The position numbers and the translations under genes are program-made. The notes below the pieces were generated by a model. It ran no database searches and was not told where the DNA came from. It worked only from the letters and a program-made list of their open reading frames with translations. A DNA stretch of 63,875 bases, the filler included, from Octopus bimaculoides (taxonomy: Eukaryota), in the NCBI RefSeq assembly GCF_001194135.2. It is 4 parts of 4 records of this genome, joined end to end, with 100 filler letters (N's around TTAATTAATTAA, not from the genome) between each part and the next. Parts side by side here need not be neighbours in the genome. Positions count along the whole stretch, not along the records: positions 31,746 to 57,148 come from NC_068987.1; positions 57,249 to 63,875 come from NC_069000.1; 2 more parts are not named here. One strand, given 5' to 3'. Positions 50,278-63,875 of the stretch are shown here, piece after piece (position 1 is the stretch's first letter; each line of letters begins with the position of its first letter).

Positions 50278-50329
50278 CTGGAATTCTCTTACAGCCACTC
50301 TTTACCAGGTGAAATTCGCCCTCGCTCAT
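50278..50329 (-). CDS. Candidate ATG-containing exon (MSEGEFHLVKSGCKRIP+G), phase 1
   Basis: ATG at 50329 and strong donor ccag|GTAAGC at 50277. The phase fits the exon starting at 23876, but an artificial linker lies between them. Confidence 0.3.
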
Positions 50330-51429
50330 GACTTTAAATTCATGAGTTAAAATTCAAATTATTTGAGTACTCCTATATGTTTTCTATATGGAGTATCTCT
50401 AGAACTCACCTATTGACTGTATATATATATATATATATATNNNNNNNNNNNNNNNNNNNNNNNNNNNNNNNNNNNNNNNNNNNNNNNNNNNNNNNNNNNN
50501 NNNNNNNNNNNNNNNNNNNNNNNNNNNTATAAGAGCATATGACACCATATATTGCTCATACTTATAGCTAAGATTCAATGTGCCTCAATACACTTTTGAA
50601 AGTTTCTAAACTACAAAAGCATTAAACGTAATTCTGTGACATACCATCTTGTTGCTAAGAAGCAAAATACACGATTGTCTATCAGTTAAAATTTGTAATG
50701 TGAAAACGGAAGTTGCTTGGGATTATGTTGAATATAGTGTGAATTGTAGAAAGGAAAATTGCGGTCATTTTTCTGTGTTGGACAGTGTACAGGACTATAA
50801 TGATGTGAAATGAAAACTCCTAGTTGTATCTGAAGATAATGCTGAAATTTCATCGGTTGTGACGTTGCTTTTCAACCTGTGTGGATGAGATTGAATAGGG
50901 GATAAATCTCAAAGCAATAAAGAATGTAATTTATGTGATATGCATCGGACAAGAATAAGAATGTGTAAGGTGTTATTTAATGTATTCCGTTAAATTAGCT
51001 AAGTTATTGACAGAGAAAGACAGTTCTCCTGCGCAATCTACATATATTATTACGTCATCACTCGATTGAATGTCATATTGAATACCTCAATGTGTAATGT
51101 TTATACTGTACGTGTAGAGCAAGGTAGTTTGAGAAAACTGCATGTTCTAACTGAAAACAGTGGTGTTATATACGGTTATATACGGTTGTAGGATCAGTAA
51201 GTTCTGAAAATGGATTTCGGCAAGATGGATTCCGTTCTGTAGAGGTGTGATAGTTGTTCCATTTCCTTCACATTTGGTAATGAGCACCCTGTCACAATAT
51301 TCTGAGACTATGAATCAGCTGTTGTTGTTCTTTAACTCATATTTGACCGTGAATTGGAAGATCTAATATGAAAGGTATGCATATATCAGATATTATATGT
51401 TTCAACGTCAGGTTGCTCTTTAGCGCTAC

Positions 51430-54400
51430 TGGTAACATGTAACCCAGTACAACCTGTCACATGGTCGGATCGGCGGCGACTAAACTGGCAACCTCATCAA
51501 GCTTGATTGGTGAGAAGGGTGATCGTTGGATATCCTGCCGGACGAAAAATAAGACCCGTCAAAAGGCAGAACCATTGTGTAGTCAACGGCCAAATCAACA
51601 AGTACCTTGGCGTGGTGAAGTGCATGTATGCTCCAGAGAGCTATGCTTGAGGGAGAGAAATCTTCAGGCAGGTCTTACCAGGTACCGGACAAGGCGAAGG
51701 GTAGGAGACAGACAAAACCTTAACCATTAGAGGAATAAACTTCAATGACAATGAATCGAAGCGTCGGCAGCAGGGCGTGGATTTAGTTATCGGCAGGACC
51801 TAAAAGATCACATTCGTGGCTTTGAACTAACAGGATGTCATGCAGAGGATCTTGAATACCAAACAATGGCTGAGACCCTAATATTCCTAGTTGGATGAAA
51901 ACTGCGGAACAACATGGAACAGCGCCTTGTGACTCATATAGTATATGCAACCGAAACCTCTATGAATCCATGCGTTAACTGCACCGGGGTTAGAGACCCT
52001 TACTCAGACATTCCGGCTAGTCGCATAAAGACTGATGAAGGTACTTCTTTAAATCCAAGTGGAATAGAAGTAGTTGAAGGCGAGAACAAAGGAATCAAAC
52101 TTATGAATAGTAAAAACGTGCCTGCAAATTGGAACACTCAATGTAAGAACATTTAGGGAAAAAGAGAAACATCTGGAGATAGCTATCAATTTTCCAAATG
52201 CAAACCAAACATCCTTTGAGTAGTTGAACACAAGTTAGTGCATGAAAAAGACCCTACTCTCATTGAACCACTTGAAGTGCATGGAGAAGTACTGATAGCG
52301 CTGCAACAGGAATGGTAGGATTAGTAATCAACCGTTTGGTAGAGAAAGCATTGGCCGAAGTAATACCAGTAAATAACAGAATAGTCACAGCCACGTTCAA
52401 TGGAAACCATCCACCACAGTAGTTATTAACTATGCACCCACAGTAGGAACCAAGGAACCAGAGAAGCACTCCGAAACGATGACAAATGTTATCAATAAAA
52501 TACAAATTCACCACGTTAACAAAGAATGCAGTGAATTTTATGATCATTTGGGCGAGGATGCAGTCTGCTACACATTCCGTAGGGAGACCAACAAGAATGG
52601 CCAGCTTCTCCTGGATCATGCGGCAGAATGTAATCTTCGCATCACAAGCACTCTGTTCAAGAAAAAGAAAGGAAAACAATGGACATTTATCTCCGACATG
52701 AATGTAGGAAGTCCCAAATTGATTACATACTGTTTAATAAGAAATGGAAGAATTCTGTACAGAATGTAGAAGCATAAAACTCCTGCAAGAAAAAAAAAAC
52801 CTACGATTGGTCTACATTGCGAACTTCAACAGCTTTATACGGTTACAGTGCGTAACAGATTTGCCGAGCTATCTAACAACGGGGATACTGTTACAGAACA
52901 ATATGGTAAGTTTGTGCAATCAAATGAAGAAGCAGCAGCAAAACTGATACCGATAAAGAAGAGAATAAAACAGAGAGGGTAGAAAAAGCACGCAGTGAAG
53001 TACAAGAGGCATTCAGCAAACTATCAAAAAGCTGCCAACAACAATACTAAACAAACTTTGGAAAGAAAGAAAGATGGTCTAAACCAGGTGTACTAAGAGA
53101 TTCAAGAAGAGAAACTGGATGAAATAATCTCCCAGGTCGAAAATACAGACGCAAAGAGTAAGCACGGAGAAATCTGGAGGCTGATTAACTCCATCAATGG
53201 TCACAAAGCTGCAAAGCAGGGAATCATCAAAGGGAAATAAATGGACGAGAGAATCAAGAAGTGGTACACTCATTTCTACAACTTACTTAGAAAGGATCCA
53301 GAAGTTGATAATGAAACAGAAAAGGAAGAATTAGCAAAGATACTTGACGGTTTGCAAATCGAGGATGGAGACTTCACAAAACAAGAATAGAAAGAGCTAC
53401 AAATAACCTGAAAGAAGGAAAACAAACTGATCCTGACAACGTCCCACCAGAAATACTAAAAGGATATGATTTAGACGACATCATCCGTGAATTTGCAAAA
53501 CAAACGATTAAATGACAATGTGATGTCAGAACAATGGTCTGAGACTTGCTACCGCTGCCCAAAACTGGAGACCTAATTAGTACTGAGAATTACAAAGGGG
53601 TCCGTCTCTCATCCATTGTTGCAAAAATGGTCAACAAGATGATAATTAACCGAATACAACGTAAGATAGACAAACAATTGCCACCAAATCAAAATAGATT
53701 CAGATCAGGACGGTCAAAAACATCTCACATTGTGAACTTAGAAGATTGATTGAGGGAGTTAAGAGCCATAACAGGAAAGCTATCGTTATTTATGTAAACT
53801 TTAAAAAAGCTTTTGATTCAGTACATAGAGGAATGATGATGAAGATGGTTAAAGCAAAAAATATTCCAGCAACAATTCTGAGAACATAAGTAAGCTGTAC
53901 GAGAACACCAGAGCGAAAGTGATCACTCCTGATGTAGAGACGAAATACTTTGAGGTTAAAGCCGGAGTATTACGAGGCGACACGTTAGCACGTTATCTCT
54001 TCGTCATTGTTCTGCGTAGAACGTACGAGGGTAAGGAAGAAGAACTGGGATTCAAACTACGTAGGAAGTAGACGGCATCAAGCAGTAACAGTAACTGATC
54101 AAGACTTTGCTGATGACTTGGCATAACTAACAGACAGATGAGGCACAGTCGTTGCTGAACAGATTAGATCAGGGATCGGGGAAGATAGGATTGTACTGTA
54201 ATGCAAGGAAAACAGAGCTGCAAGTATTCAATGACGAAATGCCTGTGTCTGTGAAAGTGAGGGACGGTAAGTCGCTGAAGGTAGTTGAAATTTTCAAATA
54301 CCTTGGTGCGTGGACACAAAGTACTGAAAAAGACATCGTAGCAAGGAAAGCTCTTGCCTGGAGCACATGCCATAAACTGAGAAAAGTATGGAGTTCAAAG

Positions 54401-54865
54401 TTAGCAACGAAATTGAAAGTAAGGTTGCTTCTGGCAACGGTGGATTCTGTAGTTCTATAAGGGCCTGAAACATAGACGCGCACTAAAGCATTGAAGAATT
54501 AGTTGGACGGTTGTTATACGAGGATGCTTAGAACGGTACTCAATGTCTCCTGGAAGAATCATACAACAAACGCTGACTTATATCAGGGACTACCAAAAGT
54601 AACATTGACGATACATCATAGAAGAATGGCGCTAACTGGACACTACATCAGACATACCAATAAAATTGCTAACAAGCTAGTGCTCTAGCAACCAACGGAA
54701 GGAAGAACCACGAGAGGAAGGAGGAAGACGATCTATATCCACAACTTGCTGGAGGATACTGGTATAGAAGGGGTACATGAGATGAGAAGAATCATGGAAG
54801 ATTGAGATGAATGAGAAGAACGTGTGGAAACAGTCTTGAGGCGTCCTGTGGGACGACCTAGATAG
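51430..54865 (+). mobile_element. Near full-length degenerate RTE-like LINE (APE endonuclease + RT)
   Basis: TNKNGQLLLDHAAECNLRITSTLFKKK (APE), PLPKTGDL..ENYKGVRLSSIVAKMVNKMI, FKKAFDSVHRG, GVLRGDTLA, DFADDLA, FKYLGAW and DGCYTRMLRTVLNVSWK are colinear over about 3 kb with many stops and frameshifts. Confidence 0.85.
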
Positions 54866-57148
54866 ATATATATGTTTTTGTTTCAGAATAAATGTATATA
54901 TATTTTTTAAATATTATTAGCTGTAGGTGGAAAGAAGTATCATTACTAGATTAAGTAGACACTGTGACAATGCTAGTCACGTCTGGGGAAGTCGTTACAG
55001 GTTAAGACCTGCTACAGCTACCATGTAAACTCAGTACTAATTATTTCATGGCCGAGTGTTCGGTAATTAAAGTGGTTCTGCACTTGAGTAGCTTACTACG
55101 CTTGTGAGAAGGGTGACGGCACACTTCGCAAGACTCGTCGAATGTTCCCTGGGGAAGGCAATTGAAAAGCACCTTAATATCTCTGTCAAAAAAACACTAT
55201 GAGAAATACAGACCTAAGTGGCATTAAGGCTTCATTCGATCGGAGAATTCGCGCTTAATCGGGAAGACGTTCGCTTTAGTGTCATCAAAGCGCAGTAGAA
55301 ACTTACAATACATAACAACGACGAGTAACAACGAAGAGGCTCATTCGTAGTATATTTGTGAAAATGACATGAGTGGGATTTAGTAATTAATGATGACGAA
55401 TATGTTTTCTGCCCGGATGTTTGAGGAAGTTGTATATTTAATGACAACGGTTCGGAGCGAGATTAATGATTTCGTATATTTCGTATGTTACATTATGGAG
55501 ATGCTTATGATTTTTGTTGTCGTTTAGTGTACGTACGGAAATAGCTGTACAAATAACTGAGCCCAAGGATAGACAGTATACTTCATTTGACAGAGAGAGT
55601 GAGCAGGAAAGTCCTCTCTCTATCAACTGAAATTGTCCGATTTGACAGAAGTTTCCGCCCCTAGGTGATAAGTTGTAGGAGAAGCCTAAAAACGTTGTCA
55701 TGGCTATAATGGTAGCTCTGCTAGAAAAGAAAATATGTCAAAAATGTTTTTACTATGAAACATGAATAAATAAATAAAATTTTGTTAATCAAAATTTCAC
55801 TGATTATTATCATTCTGTTTATTATTTCTATGAATGCAGTTCTGTCGCATACATGGAAACAAGCGTAGGATAAAATGTCTGGCAATATTTTTTTACATAC
55901 ATTTATGATTTTCGAGCTTCTGGAGTTGATGAAATTAAGTAGCATCGAATAAGTCTAATACACTGTACTTTCTTTAAATATGTTGTTGTGTGTCCTTGTT
56001 AGAAACACATACACGCTTCGATCATTTAGATGACTAGTTATTGGGTGTTCCCAATCGCTTACGTACACTCTCATTAGCTGGATTTGATACATCGGCCTTC
56101 ATTTTTGAAAGCTTAAGACATTAAGATTAAGATGTTAATCCATTCATTTATTGGATTAGGATTATAAACACAGAGGTAGATACATTTAAATTTACATATA
56201 AAAGATATCTCATGTCTGAAGAACTTCTTTATCAACACCAAGATAAATGCATATATAGTTATAGAATGATTTTAACTCTATATTTGTATGATATGAAAAT
56301 TACTCCAGTAGAGATTGATATAAAATTTATACTCATACACCTAATTACAATTTTATAGAATATTCTAATCTATACGAATATAATATATACATAAATATAT
56401 GATGACGAACTTTTATACTAAACTTAGCATCAATATATCGCAAAAGAAATATATTTATTTTAAATATAATCAGTAAGTAATATAGGGGATAAACGTAATA
56501 CAAATATGAACATATTTATAAAGAAATCAGAAACAAAATACAAGAGTTTATCGACAGTCATATTAGATATCATAAGCTAGTGAAATTATATCCTAATGTG
56601 ATTATATTTTTATCAGCATACAGGCTTATATTCTTGTATCAAATGATACTGTATATCAAATATTAGCAACGGGATTAAAGTAACATGAATATATATTCAC
56701 TTAAAAATAAAGACATATATATAAATATGTAAGTAATCAAAAAGGCCATCAAATACATTAAATGATTTCATGAAAATGATTGTCACGCTTCTTATTTAGG
56801 AAACAAAGAAAGAGAGAGAGAGAAAGAGGGAGAGAGGGAGAGAAAGAAAGAAAAAACTGACTTAGTCAAAGACAAATTCTAAGCTACTAGATGAAGAGAT
56901 AGTAGTTTTTTTCTAATATGATAAATCATTCTAAAATCTCCGAAGGCTTTGTTTAGTCATTAAATTGCATAATTTCACCCCGCTCTTATATGACTGAGTG
57001 GCAATGATGCTAAAATCATGTGCCACCACTCAAAATTGACACGCCAAATAATGCAAAGATCACCGTGAAATAATCAAATTATATTCCAAGTATACACGTT
57101 TTATGAAAACTAAAAAGTAAAATTGTGTATATACATACATTTATATAT

Positions 57149-57248
57149 NNNNNNNNNNNNNNNNNNNNNNNNNNNNNNNNNNNNNNNNNNNNTTAATTAA
57201 TTAANNNNNNNNNNNNNNNNNNNNNNNNNNNNNNNNNNNNNNNNNNNN
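57149..57248. other. Artificial linker N44-TTAATTAATTAA-N44
   Basis: 12-mer at 57193-57204 with 44 N on each side. Confidence 0.95.
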
Positions 57249-57621
57249 TACATATATATGGGTGTATGTATGTCTTTATAGATGGATTTAAGTTATATAT
57301 GAATAAGCTTATAGGCGTGCATACAAATTTAAAAAATAAAATGCATATACATGCATATATACAAATACAAACATATCACAATAATATGTGTCTGTGTTCA
57401 TGTGTGTATGTGTGTGTTTGAGTGCGTGTGTGTTTGAGTGTGTATGTGTATGTGTGTGTGTATGTGTGTGTATGTGTATGAATGCATGTGTTTGTAAATA
57501 AGTGTGAGAAAGAGAGTACGTGTATATACAAATATGATTATTCAGCATCTAAATTTCTCACATTTTCTCTTCTTCCTGAAGTATATAAAGTCATACTGAA
57601 CATACACACACACACACACAC

Positions 57622-57672
<51 letters not shown>

Positions 57673-58386
57673 NNNNNNNNNNNNNNNNNNNNNNNNNNNN
57701 NNNNNNNNNNNNNNNNNNNNNNNNNNNNNNNNNNNNNNNNNNNNNNNNNNNNNNNNNNNNNNNNNNNNNNNNNNNNNNNNNNNNNNNNNNNNNNNNNNNN
57801 NNNNNNNNNNNNNNNNNNNNNNNNNNNNNNNNNNNNNNNNNNNNNNNNNNNNNNNNNNNNNNNNNNNNNNNNNNNNNNNNNNNNNNNNNNNNNNNNNNNN
57901 NNNNNNNNNNNNNNNNNNNNNNNNNNNNNNNNNNNNNNNNNNNNNNNNNNNTATATATATATTACTAGTTTTCACTTACATCAATATATACAGTAGTGTA
58001 AATAATGAATCACTCTTGATCATATCATACGCACATCATTGTTTATATAAGCATCATATCTATAAATCTATCCGTTGTATACACATATACATACATATAC
58101 GTGTGTGTGTGTGTGTGCGTATGTATGTATATATGCACGAATATAGGCATTTGTTTGTATATAGAGTGAAACAAGGATATGCAAAGAACATGTCTTTGTA
58201 TGTATATATATATATATATGTATGTATGTGAATGTAAATGCATATATGTATGTATATAGATATGTATTTATAGATACATACACATACATACATACATATA
58301 TATATATATCTATATTGACGTATATAGATACATACATATACATACATAAAAATATATAGATATATATATTTAGGTACATATAATGT

Positions 58387-58431
<45 letters not shown>

Positions 58432-58542
58432 ACATATTAATATATATTTATGTATATATGCGTGTGGTGCTCTACATATTTATATATATATATATATANN
58501 NNNNNNNNNNNNNNNNNNNNNNNNNNNNNNNNNNNNNNNNNN

Positions 58543-58576
<34 letters not shown>

Positions 58577-58598
58577 ACTCACGAAATTAGGCATATAA

Positions 58599-58648
<50 letters not shown>

Positions 58649-58970
58649 TTGTGTGTGTGGATATACAAACATGCGTGCGTGCGTGTACGTGTGTATGTTT
58701 AGACCGCTATTATTTCCGGTGTGTTTTGAATTAAAATACCAAAATATGTTCAAATCATTTTAATTGTATGATTAACTCAAGATTAAACAAACTAATTATT
58801 ATTTAACTAATTAATACACATGTGCTAACTGGTTACAGACAAACACCTACTCACCCATATGGTTATGGATGCACAAATGTATACATTTATTTATTTTTAT
58901 AAAACTGTAACTCTATTCGCACACCACATTTACGTACACAAGTGCACACGTATTTGCCTACATACACGCA

Positions 58971-59024
<54 letters not shown>

Positions 59025-60234
59025 NNNNNNNNNNNNNNNNNNNNNNNNNNNNNNNNNNNNNNNNNNNNNNNNNNNNNNNNNNNNNNNNNNNNNNNNNNNN
59101 NNNNNNNNNNNNNNNNNNNNNNNNNNNNNNNNNNNNNNNNNNNNNNNNNNNNNNNNNNNNNNNNNNNNNNNNNNNNNNNNNNNNNNNNNNNNNNNNNNNN
59201 NNNNNNNNNNNNNNNNNNNNNNNNNNNNNNNNNNNNNNNNNNNNNTATATATATATATATATATAATTCATTTATAATTATAAATGCTAATGTAAAAGTA
59301 TATGTATGCATAGGTGTGACTCTGTGTGTGTGTGTGTGTGTGTGCCTATCTGTGTACATACATACACACATACATACGGCTATAGACGCATAAATTACTT
59401 TGATGGAAAATCTGTCTTGCTTGTACAAGTGGTGCTTTCTCCACCTGCATGGTGATTGCTGACATCATGTGGAGCCTATCAACTCTAGTTTATATTTGCA
59501 ATCAAAAATATTATTCCTGAATGAGATGGCAGTATTTATTTAATCGTATTTACTTGAAATTCATCCAAATAGCTAACCTTCGTCGTTTAATTCTCATAAC
59601 ATATTTATCTAGATAGATTTCGTTTTGCGCCTTTTTTTATTATTATTATTATTATCCTTTTTGTTTCATCATAATTTTCTGCAGATATTTGAGACATGCA
59701 GCTGGCCTAGACAATAACGAGTCAGTCTATTGAGAAACTTATCTCCGGTTCGTGTGCTGTCAATTACTGTCGCTAAGCCTGATCAGCTATACATACCTAA
59801 GGACAAATGCTTTCCAGCACTGACTATATCAATTTTTTTTTTTTTTGGCAGACATGATGTATCGAGGACTATCTTATTTGATATAATCTTTGTTTGTTTT
59901 TTTAATATATTGGACGTGATTTAAGAAGCAATTTGTCTGCGATATGTAGCAGGTTAGCGCCAATATGAGAACCATTTTAGTTCTGACATTTTTCTAGTAT
60001 TTCGTTCGATGTCCAACTGTAATTAACCAACTTAATTTAGTACCAAACTGGATTAAGTAAGAACTGCTAATCGGTATTTTAAATGATTTTTTTGTTCATA
60101 AAAGAAATAATTAATTCGAAATATTGATAAGAAAGAACTGACGCGGAAACGAATTTTAAGAATTTAGCTTTTTATCGGAGAACAATGGCGCGAAGTTTAT
60201 CATATTCTTTTCTGAGTCTCCTGTGATATGTGAC

Positions 60235-60525
60235 ATTTGGTGAATAAGGGAGTTTGATGTCGCTGCCCTCATTTGCGCCTCCTGCCATCAGGTAGGTTCT
60301 TCTGGGTCTCTCGACAAGAAGAGATCCAATTTTGATTTGAAAACACTTACATGCACTTTGTGTTGGTCCCTCAGGCTCTTTGGGAGAATATTAAAAAAGC
60401 TGTGGGCCCTTGAAACTCAGGCTGCTTCAGTAACTGGTCCTGAAGCGCGACGGCAGTTTTGGGAACTTTATCACTGTGCAGTGGTGACCCGTTCTGGCAT
60501 TTTTGTAGCTTTCAATGCCAAAATT
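60235..60525 (-). mobile_element. CR1/L2-like LINE 3' end
   Basis: Minus strand gives SLSFKGPQLFNILPKSLRD...VFKSKLDLFLS. Its start (accactgcacagtg) overlaps in homology with the end of the 29721-30275 fragment. Confidence 0.65.
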
Positions 60526-60783
60526 TGGTACTATATATATATATATATATATNNNNNNNNNNNNNNNNNNNNNNNNNNNNNNNNNNNNNNNNNNNNNNNN
60601 NNNNNNNNNNNNNNNNNNNNNNNNNNNNNNNNNNNNNNNNNNNNNNNNNNNNNNNNNNNNNNNNNNNNNNNNNNNNNNNNNNNNNNNNNNNNNNNNNNNN
60701 NNNNNNNNNNNNNNNNNNNNNNNNNNNNNNNNNNNNNNNNNNNNNNNNNNNNNNNNNNNNNNNNNNNNNNNNNNNNNNNNNNN

Positions 60784-60821
<38 letters not shown>

Positions 60822-61514
60822 AAATATTTATCAATATTGCTTATATGCGTTGATCGAAACTGCTAACTGCAGCAACCGAATATCCCTCATATCACTTTCT
60901 GAGTAACGTTACATTAGTTATTGTTGTCTAGGAAACCAACATAGAAAAAGAAAGAAAGAAAGAAAACTGATGCTATAGTGACTGGTGGAATGTCTATACA
61001 TCATACATCTAAATTACCTGACATGACGTGCGATTAAATAGCATAAATAAGAAATACAGAAATATCACCTGTTGAGAATTTACAATTTCCAAACAAGAGA
61101 CTAGTATGTCTGACGTCTTTCAGATTTGAAGAAAAAAATTTAACCTTTTCTATTTTCCATTTCCAGTAACGAAAGTTCTACTCTGTTTTTACGAATATCG
61201 GCAAATACAATAAAATATGGAAGATAACATGTTTATTATCAACTAAAAGCCATTTACTCGCTGATAATAATGAATTATTGCGTAACGTGATAATTAACAG
61301 GGATCATTGTTTACAGAGGCGACAACAGAGTCTACAGATATTTCTAGAAAGAACTGTAAACGAGCTTAGGAAAATGTACATGCACACGCACGTGCGCATA
61401 CAGACACATATAGGCAGATACGCAAATACTGAGTTGTGATATATAAACCTCAGTATATACATGTATGTATACATGTATCTATTTGTTTATCTATTTATCC
61501 ATCTATCTATCAAC

Positions 61515-61570
<56 letters not shown>

Positions 61571-61879
61571 TTCTCTATTTATCTATTTATGTTTATCAAA
61601 CAGCTTGATACATGCCAACAATGAAACACTTGGTGTTAGAGTATCTTTCGCCGACGAAAAATGAAAAGTATATATAAACATACATGTAGGTTCAACGTCC
61701 TGTCCGTTCCACAAAGCCACTCCTTTTCCTCCCTCTTTCTCTCTCTTTCTCTTTCTCTCTCTCTCTCTCTCTCTGTTTATCTACATATCCATCTATACAT
61801 GAGTGCCTTTGTAGCTATATATATAAATATATATATATATCGATATCTATATATGATATATACATGCATAGAAATATAT

Positions 61880-61940
<61 letters not shown>

Positions 61941-62849
61941 NNNNNNNNNNNNNNNNNNNNNNNNNNNNNNNNNNNNNNNNNNNNNNNNNNNNNNNNNNNN
62001 NNNNNNNNNNNNNNNNNNNNNNNNNNNNNNNNNNNNNNNNTATATATATACCTACATACATACATACATACATACATACATACATACGTCAAGGAGAAAG
62101 CTGATTCGAAGACTGCAGCCGCAAGCCATCACTGGAACTATAAAAATCTGTAAAACTTTCCAAAAATTTAGCACGTAAATACATATGCATGCATCTAGAC
62201 ATAAAAACGCATCCATAAAACAAACATAAAAATCTGCGCATACACTAACACCAAATACTGCACACACACACATATGCACAAATACCTAGATGATGTTGAT
62301 AAAAGTTCCAATGAAGGAGCCTTGAATCTATGTTAGACTCCGGCTCTTTCTCTATGGACAAGAAATACAGTAATGAAACTAATTGATAACATACATACAT
62401 ATATACATACATACTTACACACACACACATACAACACTTACCAGTGTGTATTGGTTTAATATGTAAACTATTAAATGCTACATAATATATGAAAACAGTC
62501 CGAGGTAACCAAAGAAGTCATCCATTAGTAACAACTAATACAAGTGTCCTAACATGGAAAATAAATCTGACGCGATAAAGAATCTACGAATTCCTGCGTT
62601 CCGCGTACAGAACAAATTGTCAGCCACAAGTGAAATTATAACACACATGAGGCTAACCAAGAAACCTCCATAATTTGGTTCAGCAGTAACATGAACTACT
62701 GCAATTGTTTCGGCTACGCTTACAGAGCTAGTTACAGTTTTTTCGTCACGGATTATACAATACAGGACTCCCAACTGGATGGACAGACTACATATATAAA
62801 AGCGTGTTTCCTGTGCCAATCGAGGCTCAAAATAAAATGAGAAAATAAG

Positions 62850-62929
62850 TTATATAAATATATACATACATTTATAATACATACATACTTATATGTATGT
62901 ATATATATATGCACACATATGTGTACATG

Positions 62930-62962
<33 letters not shown>

Positions 62963-63875
62963 ATATATGTATATATATTTATGTATATATATGTATATAT
63001 ATACGTATATATGTATGTATACATATATGCTTGTATATATATGTATATATATATATTTATATGTATATATGTATATATGTATATATGTATGTGAATAAAT
63101 GCAAGTATATATATATGTATTTATGAATATATATATGTCTATACGTATGTATATATATGCATGTATGAATATATGTATGTATATATATATATATTCAATT
63201 GTTTTTCTCCGTGTTTTTCTCCTTGTCTCCGTATTCTTTCTGTTGAAGAGCGTAGCTCGAAACGTCAAAGACTTTCCGTATTCCCGAGCGTCATACTAAT
63301 ATATCCTTTTGTTATTTACACCACCTGTCCTCGTCTGTTGTTGTTTTTTCGTACATTCTCCCATATATATATATATATATCTATATATATATATATATAC
63401 CCGAGTAAGCACAAAAATATGAAATACATATATATATGTATACATATATATATATATACTTATATACATACATATATACATATATACGTATATATATTCG
63501 TATATACATATATATGTACATATACATATATATATATATATATATACAAATATATATATGTAAATATATATATATACATATACTATATATATATATGTAT
63601 GCATATATATAATATATTATATATATATATATATTTATATATGTACGTATATATGTATTTATACCTACCTACATGCATACATACGTAAATACATACATAT
63701 ATATATATATAAATATATATATATAAATATATATATACATATATGTATATATATATATTTATATATATATATACACATATATATATATATATATACATAT
63801 AAATATGTATATATATATATATATATACATATAAATATGTATATATATATATATATATACATATAAATATGTATA
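62850..63875. repeat. Compound (AT)n/(ATGT)n/(AC)n low-complexity tract
   Basis: Direct reading. Similar tracts border most N gaps in the window. Confidence 0.95.
63195..63362 (+). mobile_element. Short repeat with minimal hammerhead-like motif
   Basis: tctttctgttgaagagcgtagctcgaaacgtcaaaga at 63235-63271; almost identical over about 140 bp to 22927-23065. Confidence 0.65.

Noticed and set aside
62535-62819. 94-aa minus-strand ORF
   Set aside because: Non-ATG start, no recognisable domain and no convincing splice-site pair.
17476-63862. Long ORFs made of X, YI, CV, HT, LS or NNN runs
   Set aside because: They are translations of N gaps and di-/tri-/tetranucleotide microsatellites.

Overview
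This is eukaryotic, AT-rich, gap-ridden and microsatellite-dense DNA. It is most likely an octopus/cephalopod genome, inferred from the tRNA-SINE families and repeat landscape. Three 100-nt artificial spacers (N44-TTAATTAATTAA-N44 at 19155, 31646 and 57149) split the window into four stitched segments, so gene order across them is unproven. Host genes, all on the minus strand: (1) a KLHL18-like BTB-kelch 5' coding exon (1559-1920); (2) the last two exons of a carotenoid oxygenase (BCO/RPE65/NinaB family; 16771-16885 and 14875-15029), with a partial copy of the last exon in the preceding intron; (3) at least three phase-compatible exons of an unrecognised coiled-coil protein (23798-23876, 21658-21742, 20626-20794). 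The rest is mostly transposon debris: RTE, CR1-like, R4/Dong-like and Penelope-like retroelements, a Chapaev-3-like transposase chimera, a mariner remnant, a TTAA MITE and many SINEs. The most unusual object is an internally deleted Gypsy (probably CsRn1-lineage) LTR element at 8135-10294. It has 354-bp LTRs, a GGTT target duplication and five tandem LTR-end + tRNA-Trp primer-binding units, three of which copy roughly the whole 3' half of the tRNA. There are also hammerhead-ribozyme-like motifs: one well-formed type I motif and a dispersed minimal family. All calls come from reading the sequence by eye; no searches were run and repeat boundaries are approximate unless stated as exact.
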